Part shown: positions 19,408 through 33,126 of the stretch, in pieces
How the letters are laid out: every line of letters begins with the position of its first letter
Position numbering within the stretch: position 1 is the first letter of the stretch
From: Antedon mediterranea
Lineage: Eukaryota; Animalia; Echinodermata
NCBI RefSeq assembly: GCF_964355755.1
Contig: NC_092672.1
Coordinates: 4,030,001-4,094,000 of the forward strand
DNA: 64,000 nucleotides
Direction of reading: 5' to 3'
Position numbers and translations under genes: made by a program
The notes under the pieces: generated by a model
Databases searched by the model: none
What the model saw: the letters and a program-made list of their open reading frames with translations, nothing else
What the model was told of the DNA's origin: nothing

Positions 19408-22205
19408 ACTAGATTTGAACTCGTCACTACGGACGAGTTAGGTTATCCGCAGAGCAAAAGCCACGTGCACGTCATACGTTAGAATATTGCGCAGAGAAAA
19501 ACATTATGCCATTGAAAAAATGTTAGTGCGCTCTCTATTTTACGTAACGTCTAATTATACACGGTATACACTATATGTTGAATACGTACTACATACAGTG
19601 AAGAATATGTGAAAATAAGTGGCCCAAGTTATTGACGCTTTTGAACATGATGACGTCATCACAATTTTTAAAATGGTGAATCGTGCGAAAGATAATTGAT
19701 AGACCTAGACAACATAAAAAAAATGGGGGGAAATGGAATACAAATAAGTGGAGATGCGCTATATTAAATGTGACGAGCTACGAGGAAAGAGACAAAAATC
19801 CTATATTTTATATTCGAGTGGCCATACGATGACGTTACAATGTCCGGTTAGCCATATTGATGCATGATTTGATATCTGCAACTCATCTACTACCAGAATA
19901 TGTAATTATAAAAAAGTTCACCACGTAGTTTAGAATTTATGACTGTTTAAAAAAAGGCATAATTTTGACAAATTTTTGAACTTTTTCATCAAAAATGCGC
20001 GTAAATTGTTTAATTCTACGTGCTCGTATGACGTGATTTTAAGTTGAAATTGTTTGAAAGTTGGTAAATTTACTAAAAAAAGACAGGAAAAACAAAAATC
20101 AAGCAAAAAAATGATGTTTTTGCGCTACGTGCGCACGCGCGCGTAAAAAAATTGCGCACGCCTAGGAATTTTTCAAATGCTCAAAATGACATGAAACGCG
20201 TAGAAAGTTGATTAGAAATTGATTTTTTGCATTTTGAAATTTTAAACGCGCGTGCACGCGTAACTTTTTGTAAAACATGCCATTTTTAATCCATAGAAAG
20301 TTTGCGCTTGATATGACTTAAATTTTCACCAAGTTTCAATACAAAATGACTTTTGATTTTTAATCTATGATCAATCATTGAAATTCATAAAATCACGCGT
20401 AACTTACGCTGCGCGACTCTAAAGTTAAAAAACGAAACGTCCTGCACATCTACAGCTAGAGGTCAATCTTATGACAAAGTTACACAATCTTATATTGGCC
20501 AGAATTAGAGATACGCTGCGAACAAAATTCCAGGAAAGAAAGAAGAACTAGACATGAAACTCGTCACTTTGACGAGTTAGTTATCCGCTCGACAAACGCC
20601 ACGTGCACGTCATACGTTAGAATATTGCACACAGAAAAATATTAAGGCATTATGACCTGAACTGAAGAATATGATATGTTATTTCTGAATTCTGTTATTT
20701 TGTGTCATATACATAGTATACACAGTACAATCTGTATACATATCACAAACAGTGTAAAATAGGTGAAATTACGGGACCCGTATTTTATTGTAATTTTTAA
20801 CATCTTGACGGCTTCAAAATGAAATGCAAAAGTAGAAATTTCAGAATGAAATTATCTCAGCAACAACATATTAACGTGTAGAAGAAATTTGAATACGTGA
20901 AATATTGATGCGCGCTCTTTTAAATGTAATGAAATATAACGCAAAAGATGAAAATACGACTTTTTTTATATAACTGGCCATATGATGACGTCACAACATT
21001 CAATTGGCACAATTTTCACATGATTTTGTATCTACAATACAATAGCTTCCTGAAAACGTTTTAATCGTGATTATCACATTTTATTCTTACGAGCTATAAC
21101 AGATTAAAATTTACTGTAAAGATGAAATTAATGACCAAAGTAATTTAAATTTTTAGGCATGATGACGTTAAAAAAATTAAAAAATTTTAAATTCATGCAA
21201 AAGATAGTTGATTGACCTAGAATATATTAAAATCGGGGTGAAAATGGACAACGAATAAGTGGAGATGCGCTCTATTAAATGTGATGAGCTATGACGAAAG
21301 AGACAAAAATCCTATATTTTATATTCGCGTGGCCATACGATGACGTCACAATGTCCGGTTAGCCATATTAATGTATGATCCGATATCTACAACTCATCAA
21401 CTTCCAGAATATGTAATTAAAAAAAAGTTCCCCATGTAGTTTAGAATCTATGAATGTTTAAAAATAGGCATAATTTTGACGAATTTTTGAACTTTTTCAC
21501 CAAAAACGCGTGCAAATTATCTAATTCGACGTGCTCGTATGACGTAATTTTAAGTCGAAATTGTTTAAAATTTGGTAACATTACTAGAAAAGGCTGAAAA
21601 AACATAAATCACGCGAAAAAAATATGTTTTTAACGCTACGTGTGCACCGCGTGCGTAAAAATTTTCGCGCGCGTGGGAATTTTTGACATGCTCAAAATGA
21701 CATGAAACGCATAGAAAGTTGATTAGAAGTTGATTTTTCGCTTTCTAAAATTTTAAACGCGCGTGCGCGCGTAACTTCTTGTGAAACATGCTATTTTTAA
21801 TCCATAGAAAGTTTGCGCTTGATATGACTTAAATTTTCACAAAGTGTTAAAACAAAATTATGTTTGGTTTTTAGTCTATGATCAATCATTGAAATTCATA
21901 AAATCGCGCGTAAGTCACGTTGCGCAACTCTGACCTCATTCAAAAATAGGAGGTGCACAAGTTCACGTAAATTTCGATATGTTGACAAAGTTACGATATG
22001 TTCTGTTTACAAGTTTTAGAGAAACACGACGCACAAAAATGACAGAAAGAAAGAAGTATAATACAGGAAAAAAATTTGATGAAACAGGACGATTACAAGG
22101 AGTTATCCGCTACTAAGCGGATAACTAATAAGATAGAAAAAAAAAAAAAAGAAAAAAAAAGATCCTGACAATAACAAGGGGTTATCCGCCAAGTGCGGAT
22201 AACCA
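19408..22205 (-). mobile_element. Non-autonomous Helentron/Helitron2-type (HINE/DINE-like) element, outer copy
   Basis: On the minus strand: 5' hairpin GGTTATCCGC..GCGGATAACC, 3' subterminal GCGGATAAC, stem-loop AACTCGTC..GACGAGTT, then CTAG-TT. Inserted at a TT/AA site with no TSD; empty site at about 46365-46385. Confidence 0.75.
20547..22128 (-). mobile_element. Related Helentron-type element nested inside the previous one
   Basis: Has its own termini (AACTAGAC..AACTCGTCACTTTGACGAGTT and AGTTATCCGC..GCGGATAACT). Its body at about 21160-21930 is a diverged homologue of about 19645-20420. Confidence 0.72.
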
Positions 22206-22444
22206 ACAAGTTCAAAAGTCGTGGGAATCGCATGATATGTCCTTTACATTATGGTATAATATCAGCAAATGGACAAATTAGGGAGTTTTCGATTGCAAAA
22301 TCACAACATGTTGTTTACACGTGAGGAACAGATTTCATCTATAAAAGTCGAGTGAAAATTGAAACTAAATTTATTCATACAACAGCAGATGACAGGGAAA
22401 CATCCAGTTTACAGATCAACAGAAAAGACATTCAGAAAACAACA

Positions 22445-24329
22445 ATGTATCTCCGGTAAGTACATTTTTATTTTAGCTTTTAATATTTAGGATGGTATTT
22501 GGTGCTACTGTACTTTAGCACTGCTACTCTGTACTTTGACATTACTGTCTTTTACTGTAGTACTGATTTGTTAGAATTCTGTAACCTTTCTTGTATATGT
22601 TGGCAGTGAGAAGAAAAAAACAATATTAAAACACACAGAAGGTACAATATGGGTCGTGTGTACTCCAGTTAGGAATGCAATACAACTGAAGATCATTTAA
22701 TACATGTCAATTTCTGTTATTCTTTTACCATTGTGTTCTATAAGCCTATCTGAGATTATTTTATTATATACATTAACATTTGATATGAAATTATTGTAAG
22801 GTAAACTGGAGTCCTGTGTTCATTCTGAACAAAGTGAAATGAGCTATTAGGAGCTCAATGTAATAAACCTTAGCATTATGTGGTAGGATGGCCAGTTCCT
22901 TTCCACGCTACCTCATCCTTCCTAGAATTTTCAATCAGGTACTCATTTACAGATGAGTTGTTCTTATCGGGAAATTAAATTGGTTCTTTCTGTATGATAG
23001 TCAAGTGTCCAACCACTCAGCTACCAAACTTCTTCGGCTAACAAATTATTATAAATATCATATTTAAAACTTCTTGTTGGGCTTAGTTATGTTGTTTCCT
23101 TGTACAACTGGACAGCTTATTGCTTCAGGGAGAATCGTATGTAGGCTGTGAAATAAAAGGATTACAGAATGCTGGCTGATGAACATACTTTGAAAAAACC
23201 CTGCTTGACAATGATTGATTCCAAACATTTTTTTTACAAAACTTTAATACGGGGTATTTTTTGCTTCATTTTGATATAAACAAGTTTGGTTGATAAGAGT
23301 GTGATTATTACTGAATGTGTTAAGGGGTATAATTAATAATAACATACAGTGTTTATATTGAATTTCAGATTTAATATGATATTAACAATGGTGATACAGA
23401 TTAGTATAATCTATGTCATCAAATCAGCAGCTCAAACCAATTCTGAAGCTTGTAATAGCTATTGTACAGCTGGGGTTCCTGGAATTCCAGGACATCATGG
23501 TAATCCAGGTGCCTCTGGGCCACAAGGAATGAATGGAGAACAAGGAATAAAAGGAGAACAAGGAATGAATGGAGTGAAAGGAGAACAAGGAATGAATGGA
23601 GAACAAGGAATGAAAGGAGAACAAGGAATGAATGGAGAACAAGGATTGAATGGAGAACAAGGAATGAATGGAGTGAAAGGAGAACAAGGAATGAATGGAG
23701 AACAAGGAATGAAAGGAGATAATGGAAGGAATGGAGAACAAGGAATGAATGGAGAACAAGGAATGACAGGAGACCCGGGAATGAAAGGAGAACAAGGAAT
23801 AACAGGAGATGATGGAAGGAATGGCTTAGATGGGTCTCCTGGAAAGTTAGGACCAACTGGACCTCAAGGTATTGTTGGATTACCAGGTGCAAATGGTGTA
23901 AAGGGAGAAAAGGGTGAACAAGCTAGTCAGCAGAAATCTGCCTTTTCAGTAGTTTTTACATCAAACCCAGGTCGTCATGCCACTAGCCCAATGAAGTACG
24001 ACACAATAATTACAGATGTTGGAAATCATTACAACAAAGAAACAGGCAAGTTTGTCTGTACAATTCCAGGTGTTTATGTATTCCAGGTGACATCAATGAA
24101 ATTAAGTGGTAGTGGTAAAATTTTAACAAGAATCATGAAAAATGGCAATAATCAAATGTCTGCATGGATGAGTGCTTCAGGGCATAATTCTGTAAGCACA
24201 ATGGTGGTTCTTGATCTGGTATCAGGTGATCAAGTATGGACTCAGCCACATAGTTCAACCTACAACTATTACTACAGTGACAGTGGAAGATACTGCTCAT
24301 TCTCTGGTTTCTTACTTTATGCAGCATAA
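22445..24329 (+). CDS. Collagen-C1q protein copy 3, 50 Gly-X-Y
   Basis: Exons 22445-22455 and 23369-24329; intact ORF; the second N-terminal Cys is replaced by Tyr. Confidence 0.92.
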
Positions 24330-26340
24330 AGCAAACATATACAAATACTTGTAATGTTTTAAACAATTAATTTGAAAATAGGCATCTAGAAGTCAAACTA
24401 TATAAATGTCACAAGCTACATTATTATATATTATTTTTGCAAAGATTATATCTGCTTGAGATGAAAGATGAATGATGCTAATTCAAAAGAAGCTTTTGTT
24501 AGTAATTTTTTAAGATCAATTTTACCAGTTAAAATATTATAGATATAACATTTATTTCATTTGTGCAACTAAATTGTTTAAATAAATGTTAGAAATAAAA
24601 ATATTAATATTCAGTATTTTGAGTAAATTTATGTTATGTTTAAACTATGCAGGCGGTTCAAAAGAATTACATTTCTTTACACACTTTATTACGGCTTATT
24701 CACACTCAAATAAGTCCTGAACTAGGAAGGTTTTAGTAAATTTATCCACTACAATTCTGAATTAATTAATGAAAGACTGTCAACATTCAGTTGTTTGACA
24801 TTTGACCGGCAACTTTTAACAGATTTTATACATTTATTAACCCATGGCTGGTAGTAGTACTACACCTTACAAAGATTATGCTAAGAGAAATTTATCAGCA
24901 TGGGTAACTCTGCAAGTTCCTTGTTTAAAAATCAAAGCCTCTTCTTTTTTTAAAGTTTTGAATTCTTTCCTTGGCACACGTTATTTTATAAAATTCATAT
25001 GAATCGCAATATTGCTCATGACGACACCGAAACCAGTTTGTTACAACTTGACATATAACTTTGCATAAAATATAAAAAAGAACTGAGCATACTTTTAAAC
25101 TCTGTCTACACTATCACACTATTTTAACAAAATATGGTAGTAATATGCCAAAATATGGTCATCATATCCATATATTGAGAAATCAAATTTTGTTGTCACA
25201 TAAACTTTGATAGTGTAGACAGAGTTTTAGATGAAACAATGATACAAAAATTATTCCGTGCCCAATTATAGGAATAGTACATTCGGAATAGACTACACTA
25301 CTTTAGAATACTTACGGACAATTCCCTAGAAATTGGGCGTGGTTTCCAGACATCGTTACCGACACCATTCAGCGTCAACTCCTGACACGTTTTTGGCAAT
25401 TTCCTCTTCAAATAAACAGTTGGCGGTGTCTGTTTAGAGAGAACCTTTTCAAAAGACATACCAACAAAAAACTCCATTCTTTTTAACGTTGCTAAGCAGC
25501 TTAGTCTTGCACATGGATCTTTACAGAGTAACTACAGGAAAAAAAAAGTGATCATAAAGAAAAATGCATAAACTACTAGAGACTATGAGGTCATCGAAGG
25601 TCAGGCTGTTGTATACTGCAAAAAAGAAAGATATAAACGTGGTGTTATTAGGGAGCTATCAATCTGCGACGATCTAGAAATTAGTTGTGTTGCCAAAAAA
25701 ATGAATGTTCAAAAAGAATGTTGAAATGGATCTGTGTGCACACAATAATATGGCATAAAACTATAGTAGCTTCGGCATAAAATTATAGTAGCTCCGAGTT
25801 CATTGATTATGAGATGAGAATTTTAAAAATTTAATTAAAAAGTAGTTAACTAAAAATGAATCAACTGTTACCTGAAGAATGACGTCCTGAGCAGGATAAC
25901 TAACAAACGGAGGTAACTTGAATTCCTTATTTATAACCTTATTATACATCTCAATGTGATTGGTGGAACCACTTAACGGATATTTACCCGTCATCAAGCA
26001 AAACATTATAATGCCGAGTGACCACCAGTCGACACAATGATCATAGTCTCCCATATTTAGTACTTCAGGCGCTGAAAAAATTAAGGTAGATGTTTAGTTG
26101 TCCTGTTAAAACTATGGTATAAATTTGGAGACTATTACAGAGCAGAATTTAGATTTGTGACCATGTTTAGTTATTGGTGGTTGATATAGGATTTTAAAAA
26201 AGGTAGTAGGGCCGAAAATCAACAAAAGGAAGCAGTTCTGTGCATCTCCTATTCTAGCTTACAATAACTATAAACTACATACTACAAATTCAGCATTTTA
26301 TTAATCAATTTAAAAAAACTGTCTACCTGTTGAACAATTA

Positions 26341-26788
26341 CCGATTTCCATCTGAAACTTTATTTAAACGATTAAATATTTTTAATTTATTTGATATTAA
26401 TAAAGTTCAATTATCAATATTTATGTTTCAGTATTTTATGAAAACGCTTCTTATGCCTATGTTAAAATTGTTAGATACTACTAAGAAAACTCATTCACAT
26501 AATTTTAGAAATCCTTCTGTTCCAGTTCCCTTCATATGGAATAATCTTGATGTTTCAATTAAAAATTCTGTTTCTTTACCAGCTTTTAAAAGTAAATTAA
26601 AAAATAAATATTTATCACTGTACCAACAATAATTTTATATAACATTAATTAAGGTAGCCTTTTATATATGTTTTTTTTGTCTCTCTTAGGGAAATGGTGA
26701 GACAAGTTTTTTACTTCTAATCATGACCCCAATGATGGCATTCCTTTCTCTTATTTACCTCTCCTTGTCTTTGTTTGAAATTGAAATA
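26341..26788 (+). mobile_element. 5'-truncated LINE 3' end (CR1/L2-group-like)
   Basis: The ORF remnant ends IWNNLDVSIKNSVSLPAFKSKLK, followed by a 3' UTR ending in AATAAA. Short TSD AATTA. Absent from the paralogous introns. Confidence 0.75.
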
Positions 26789-29700
26789 AATTAACTATTT
26801 TGGATGATATTATTTAAAGATAGCAAAATGACTCGCGTATTAGAGATAATAATAGATATACAATTACCCACCCATATACATAAGTGTCCCACAGACACTG
26901 GACGTTCTACCACCTTTCTTCAGCCATTTTGAAAGTCCAAAATCGGACAGAAGTATATGACCGCCCTCATCAAGTAAAATATTCTCCATCTGAAAAGAAA
27001 AATTAATGTTTAATGCCTTTTAAATCTTTCAGCCAAGCCAATTTAAACTCTCTGACTGTAATTTACTTCCAATATCCAGAATTGGAATATGACCACTTTC
27101 AACTAGCAGAACAATCTGCATCTGCTATGAAAATAGAAATAATTATAGCAGAAGTTCTTTTATTATTATATATTAATATGCATATATATATATATAAATA
27201 ATAAAAATTCTTATTATATAATATTTTACTTTTTTTCGAATACATACCTTTAAATCTCTATATATAATTCCTGCCCTATGTAAAAATGCCAAAGGCATCG
27301 CTATACGAATACGAATAGAACTTTACAAATACGATCTCCATGAGTGGCATAATACATTACTTTAAATCAGAACAAACAAAATAAATTATATTATTTGAAA
27401 TATTTTTGTATTTTCAAATTGATTTCCCTAATATTTTTTTTGCATTTATTGAAAAAAAAAATATTGATTAGTATGTCCTTATCTGAGAAGACCACTAGGA
27501 TTATGGCTGTGGAGTGCCTTGAACATGTGCCGATTTTATGGCTATGGTTGGCAGCACCTCTGCCTTAAATCGCTTGATCACTCAGCTGATGGAACTCTCA
27601 CATATATATAACTATATCTTTATTTGTGTAAATAAAACACATGTTAAACATAAATATATACATCATCATCTTAAATCCTGATATCTTAATCTGTCATCAC
27701 ACAGCTTACAAATTATATATAGATATCGATATCAATACATATCTGAATTCAACAACAGTTTATCTAGGTATGCAGCTCACATAACAGCATCAACATTGGA
27801 GAAATGTATGTAACTGATTAAGAATTAACCATTAAGTTTCCATTACAAAAAGGCAAATTGTCCAACAAGAGCTAAATGTTAATATGAATGTATGACATAG
27901 ATATGGAAATAAGAAAAAACTAAAGTATATTTAATATTTATTTTATTTGTAGCTTTGTGGATTTACAGTTTAAAAAAACATGATACAAAAAGAGACTATT
28001 TAGATGAGGGTGCATTAATTGAATTGTAGAACAGGAACGTCAGCACATTCCTGTTAAATTTGAATAAAAACAGTAAACAACAATTTGATATTGCGTTGTT
28101 TCACCAATTACTGTTTAAAGCTCTGTCTACATTATCAAACATTATGTGACAAAAATATGTGATGTGCTCAAATATGGTAGTGATAATATGACATAATCAT
28201 GTCCATATGGGCACATCACATGTCTTTGTCAACCTCCACCAAGCAGTCTATGGTTGACAAGTATGAACAGAAGTTAAAATAATATCTGTTGCTTGAGTAA
28301 CTATTATTTTACATATACCAATCAGGGGAAGATTTAGGCAGGGCTAAACAGGCTTTATCCCCACTTCCCCTAAAATTTAACAGCCATATCTTTTTTTTAA
28401 ATAAAATTATTCTGCAACCTGACGGATCGTTTTATCATTTATGAAATATTTAGCGCCCCCCTCCACCCTAATCTATAACGCTGGATCCACCCCTGCTAAT
28501 CAATATAGGCCTACCATTTACCTAAATTCATTCATGTTCGACATTTTAATCAATTTTTTAACACTGTATATTTCTTAATGAACAGTTACCAAATAAAAAT
28601 TTAGACAAATCTAAACTGAAGTAGGACATGCTTTTTAGCAAATAAATTTAAATAGATACGTGAAAAAACAAAAAATATAACCTCCTTGGCGGAGGTAATA
28701 ACCGTTATATAAAACAAAAATATTTGCATATAAAAAAACAATTTATATAAAATGTATAAACAATTCTGACAATGTTGGTAATTGTGATGTTGACATATTT
28801 GTATGAGCATATCTTTTAGAAATAAATGGTACAATTGCACAAATTAATGTTGAAAATGAGGTAAATTGTCAGCATATGTGGAATATATATGTTTGACAGT
28901 ACAAGCAGTGGTGACCCCAGGAAATGTCCGAGGGAGGGTAATTAACGACGGAGACTTGTGGGAATTTCTCTCCAAAGTATTAATACCTGTAGTATGATAG
29001 TATGCAATGTTTTATCAACCAATGCACTTTATTTGAACATTTACTCTAAATTTTTGCACCTGATTTGCACAAAAGAAACATATAAATAATATAAATATAA
29101 TAATATATATAAAAAAAACATTTATGAAAACAAAAGTTTTATGGTATTGTACATTTATACATTGACATATTTACTATACATGGAAATTGAAATATAAATT
29201 AAAGGAATGTTGTTTTGGATAAAAATAAATATTAAAACAGATTGCACGTAGCAAAACTTGGAAAGTTTTACAATTAAATAAAGTAGACGAATAGTACAAT
29301 AAATCTAACACCAATTCACTATGTTGTTTTGAAGCAACTACAATACACCTACTACACCTTTAGGACCCCAAAAAATGTTCCCTTAAAGAAGTATTGTCCC
29401 CAAAAACATGAAAAATAAAGATTAATTAAATCAGACTTCACTTATAAATTGACAAAATAAATGGTTAAAATCAATCAAAAACCCACTGGCTGGCAGCCAT
29501 TTTGACCACTTTTTCTTTTAAATTACAGGTAAATACATTTTTTTCGATCCAATTTCTGGTCAAAGTGGAACTATTATGTGACATTAAAATGGCGTATTCA
29601 ACAAAAATCTTGTTGAGAATTTTAAGGGGGACAATACATCTTTAATAGGGATGTCCAAAAGGAAGGGTTTTTCTGTATATCTTTTTTGTAGCTTGTATTA

Positions 29701-30268
29701 AAGGTCTGTGTGGATTGAAAATCTATATACAGTATGGTTGGTTATCTAATAGTATGAATGTTGCCTTATAGGTTCAAATCTTACCAGAGACATTTTTTTT
29801 ATTTAACAAAATGTTTGAAACTTCTGTTGATATATGAGCTATGTTTGATATACAGTTCATTCCAAAATGAGCAGTTTGGTTTCTAGTAATGATTATATAG
29901 GCCTATTACAATGTATTTATTGGCCTACTATACATGCCATTCTCTACTGTACAATTATATGACTAAATGTTATTTTCAAGGCCTTTGTAGAAAAGATACC
30001 ACAATTATATGAAATTTATTCAGGCTTTTAGTAACGTTTAATAACCAGCTGAATTGGCTCCAGGCCTTCAGTCACTTTGGAGGGTTCACCAGTCAATCCA
30101 ATTGGCACCAGGCTTTTAGTCTCTGGGGCTTGGTCCTATTAAACACCACACAGCACTGTAATAGTACCACTAACATTAGACAATAATGCATGTTAGTATT
30201 GACCCTTAAATAATCAACGTCGCTACTAAATATAACTTAACCTAACCTTCTCAATATTCCCTTCTATA

Positions 30269-31211
30269 TGTAAGGATGTGGACGACAACACAAAAGGAAA
30301 AACACGCCTTTTCTCACTTTTACCACGGTCCGGTGGTGTATTTGGTTTTAATTTGTTTTTAGCATAACAATAGAGATCAGTATGGTCCTTTTAATCAGAT
30401 CTTTAATTAAGTAAGAGACAAAACTATCTGCTTCCTTGACCGGTTCATGAATACAAAAGAAAGCAAATCATTTGAAAAAGACTGTTACAATTATAGGGGG
30501 CAGTAACACCTATAGGGGGCAGTATTTAATTATCACATGATTAGATTAATCCCCACACTCCCCTGTTTAAGCTGAGTTTGTCCTCAAACTTAATATTATT
30601 CACAACAAGAAGAATCTTTTCAGCATTTTCAGAGTCAATGCCAGCATCATCAGGCCAGTCAGGGTAAACGTCCCCAGTACCATCGTCTTCAACAAAGGAC
30701 TCTACACATTCCCCTTCGGCTCCCACAAAGTGTCTCATCTTCTTCTCTGGGAGAACATATACTGTGTTTCCATTACCATGGGCAGCACGCCTAGTTGCTT
30801 CTAGTTCGGCTCTTAGCTCATCAACCGTCCTCTGCACATCTCGCAACGATGCCTTGCTTGCCATCACTGATCTCTAATGTTAAAGCCAAATACGATCCAC
30901 GATCCCACTTCTGACACCAAATTGTAAGGATGTGGACGACAACACAAAAGGAAAAACACGCCTTTTCTCACTTTTACCACGGTCCGGTGGTGTATTTGGT
31001 TTTAATTTGTTTTTAGCATAACAATAGAGATCAGTATGGTCCTTTTAATCAGATCTTTAATTAAGTAAGAGACAAAACTATCTGCTTCCTTGACCGGTTC
31101 ATGAATACAAAAGAAAGCAAATCATTTGAAAAAGACTGTTACAATTATAGGGGGCAGTAACACCTATAGGGGGCAGTATTTAATTATCACATGATTAGAT
31201 TAATCCCCACA
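30269..31211 (-). mobile_element. TRIM-like, internally deleted Gypsy-type LTR element
   Basis: 289-bp TG..CA LTRs at 30269-30557 and 30923-31211, identical by eye. TSD TATA. Minus-strand PBS TGGTGTCAGAAGTGGGAT (tRNA-Leu-like) and PPT AAACAGGGGAG. The 365-bp interior carries a Gag-like N-terminal remnant. Confidence 0.9.
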
Positions 31212-33126
31212 TATAGGTAGTGTGTTAGTGGAGTCTATCCTAGAGTCATATAACACCTAAATAAATTCCTGTCATTTGATTGTGGATCACATGGTGTGCA
31301 ATAGTAAGCACTATTAAACGATCGTTTAACAGTACTTTTTTTGTGTACGAAAAAAAAAAATGTTGTTTTATACTATTGCGTTTGAAATACAACAGCGCCA
31401 CCTATGTTGTACTTTTGTGGCGATTTGAATGTTATGACTGGTTCTTCGCGATGGAAGAACATTTCTGGAGAGATATATGTACTAATTTAGATCAAAAAGG
31501 CATTTAAATTAGCTTCAGATCGTTTATAAGATTTTGATTAACTAATGGGAACATCTCTAAAAGATATGAAATCGTTGAAAAAACATAATTAGCCTAGATG
31601 AGTTCTAGTTGCCTGTCAAAGTTTTGCCTTTCAGCCTAGCTAGTAGGCCTGTTAGTACTAGCAAGGTTAAAACGTCTAGTTTGTTTGGTCGTTTGTTGAC
31701 ATAATTAACACTACAGTAGGTGTGTTTATAAAATCCATATAAATATAACATTTAATATAATATTATAAAACACCAAATGTTACTGTCAATGTGAATCAAA
31801 TGTAAGCCTAAGCCTACCTTTTATTTGATTCCAATGACAGGATTCTATTTAGATGTTATATAAAACAAATAATGAATGCTTTATATTCGTAAATGAATAT
31901 TTGGTGAATGATGAAAGGTTATATATCAACTTGACTTCGCCTCGTTGAAATATAACCAGGCTTTCATCATTCACCTCATGCCATTATTTGTACCATTACA
32001 ATCATAAAAATTCACTTTTGTATCATTTACAAATAGTGTTGTGTGGTGTTTAGTAGAGGACTAAACAGACTCCCACTCTTTTTGGAGGGCTAAGGGCACT
32101 AGTCAATCCAACATGCTCAATAGGCTCCTGCCTTTGGTCTCTCTGGAGTCAGTCCAAGTGTTCACATAGCATGAAGAACAATCTTCAAATGAATTCTGAT
32201 AATGATGATTTACTCCATGGCGAATCTGTGTTGTTGTTATAAGTCGGTTTCTCTAATCCAATCAAAGTTATCAAACTGTAAAATAGAAAATATTATTATT
32301 ATTATGTAATAATTAAAATGTCTAAATCAAAAATAAAAACTTAATATTGACTATTACAACATAATCTACATGAAGAGCCTTAAACAAAGGATAAATTATA
32401 TTCATATTTGACTTACAGTAAGGAACAAAATATGTAACCATCACATCATATTTTGTTTTACATTAATGGGACGAATTATATTAATATTTGAATACAGTAA
32501 GAAATATGTAAACATAACATCATATTTTGTTTTACATACTACTGTAATGGGACAAATTATATTTATATTTGGCTGGAGTAAGTATTACAATATATGCTCT
32601 TCAGTGTAATGACTGACATGTGTGCGCATACACACTTTTTAAGAAACAAGAAGCATCAAGTTGATTGACGTTCAGAAATAGACCAATCAGCATCTTCCTA
32701 TTATTTTACCTAATGGGAAGAATTATTAATTATCTATGTTCACATATGAGAGGGAGGTAGTTTATTTAACTTCACAAAAACTGCGGAAGTCATCGGATAT
32801 TGAAGTTCCGATTAGTAATCCGGTTTAAATAGTTCCCTTTCCTAATGTTATTGTAACACAAAGAGCCGGTCTAATAAAGGTACTTAACAAGTTCGAAAGT
32901 CGTGGGAATCGCATGATATGTCCTTTACATAATATGGTATAATATCAGAAAATGGACAAATTAGGGAATTTTCAATTGCAAAATCACAACATATTGTTTA
33001 CACTGAGGAACAGATTTCATCTATAAAAGTCAAGTGAAAATTGAAACTGGATTTATTAATACAACAGCAGATGACAAGGAAACACCCAGTTTACAGATCA
33101 ACAGAAAAGACATTCAGAAAACAACA

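Larger units (their letters stand above)
12251..27359 (-). pseudogene. Partial kinase duplicate, unit C
   Basis: Exon copies at 27248-27359 (112 bp; internal deletion replaced by filler at about 27305-27332, frameshift), 26872-26989, 25872-26071, 25316-25531 and 12251-12289. Confidence 0.85.

Noticed and set aside
23419-23892. Antisense ORFs over the collagen regions (FLVLHS and HSLFS repeats; also at the other copies)
   Set aside because: Shadow frames of the 18-bp collagen repeat.
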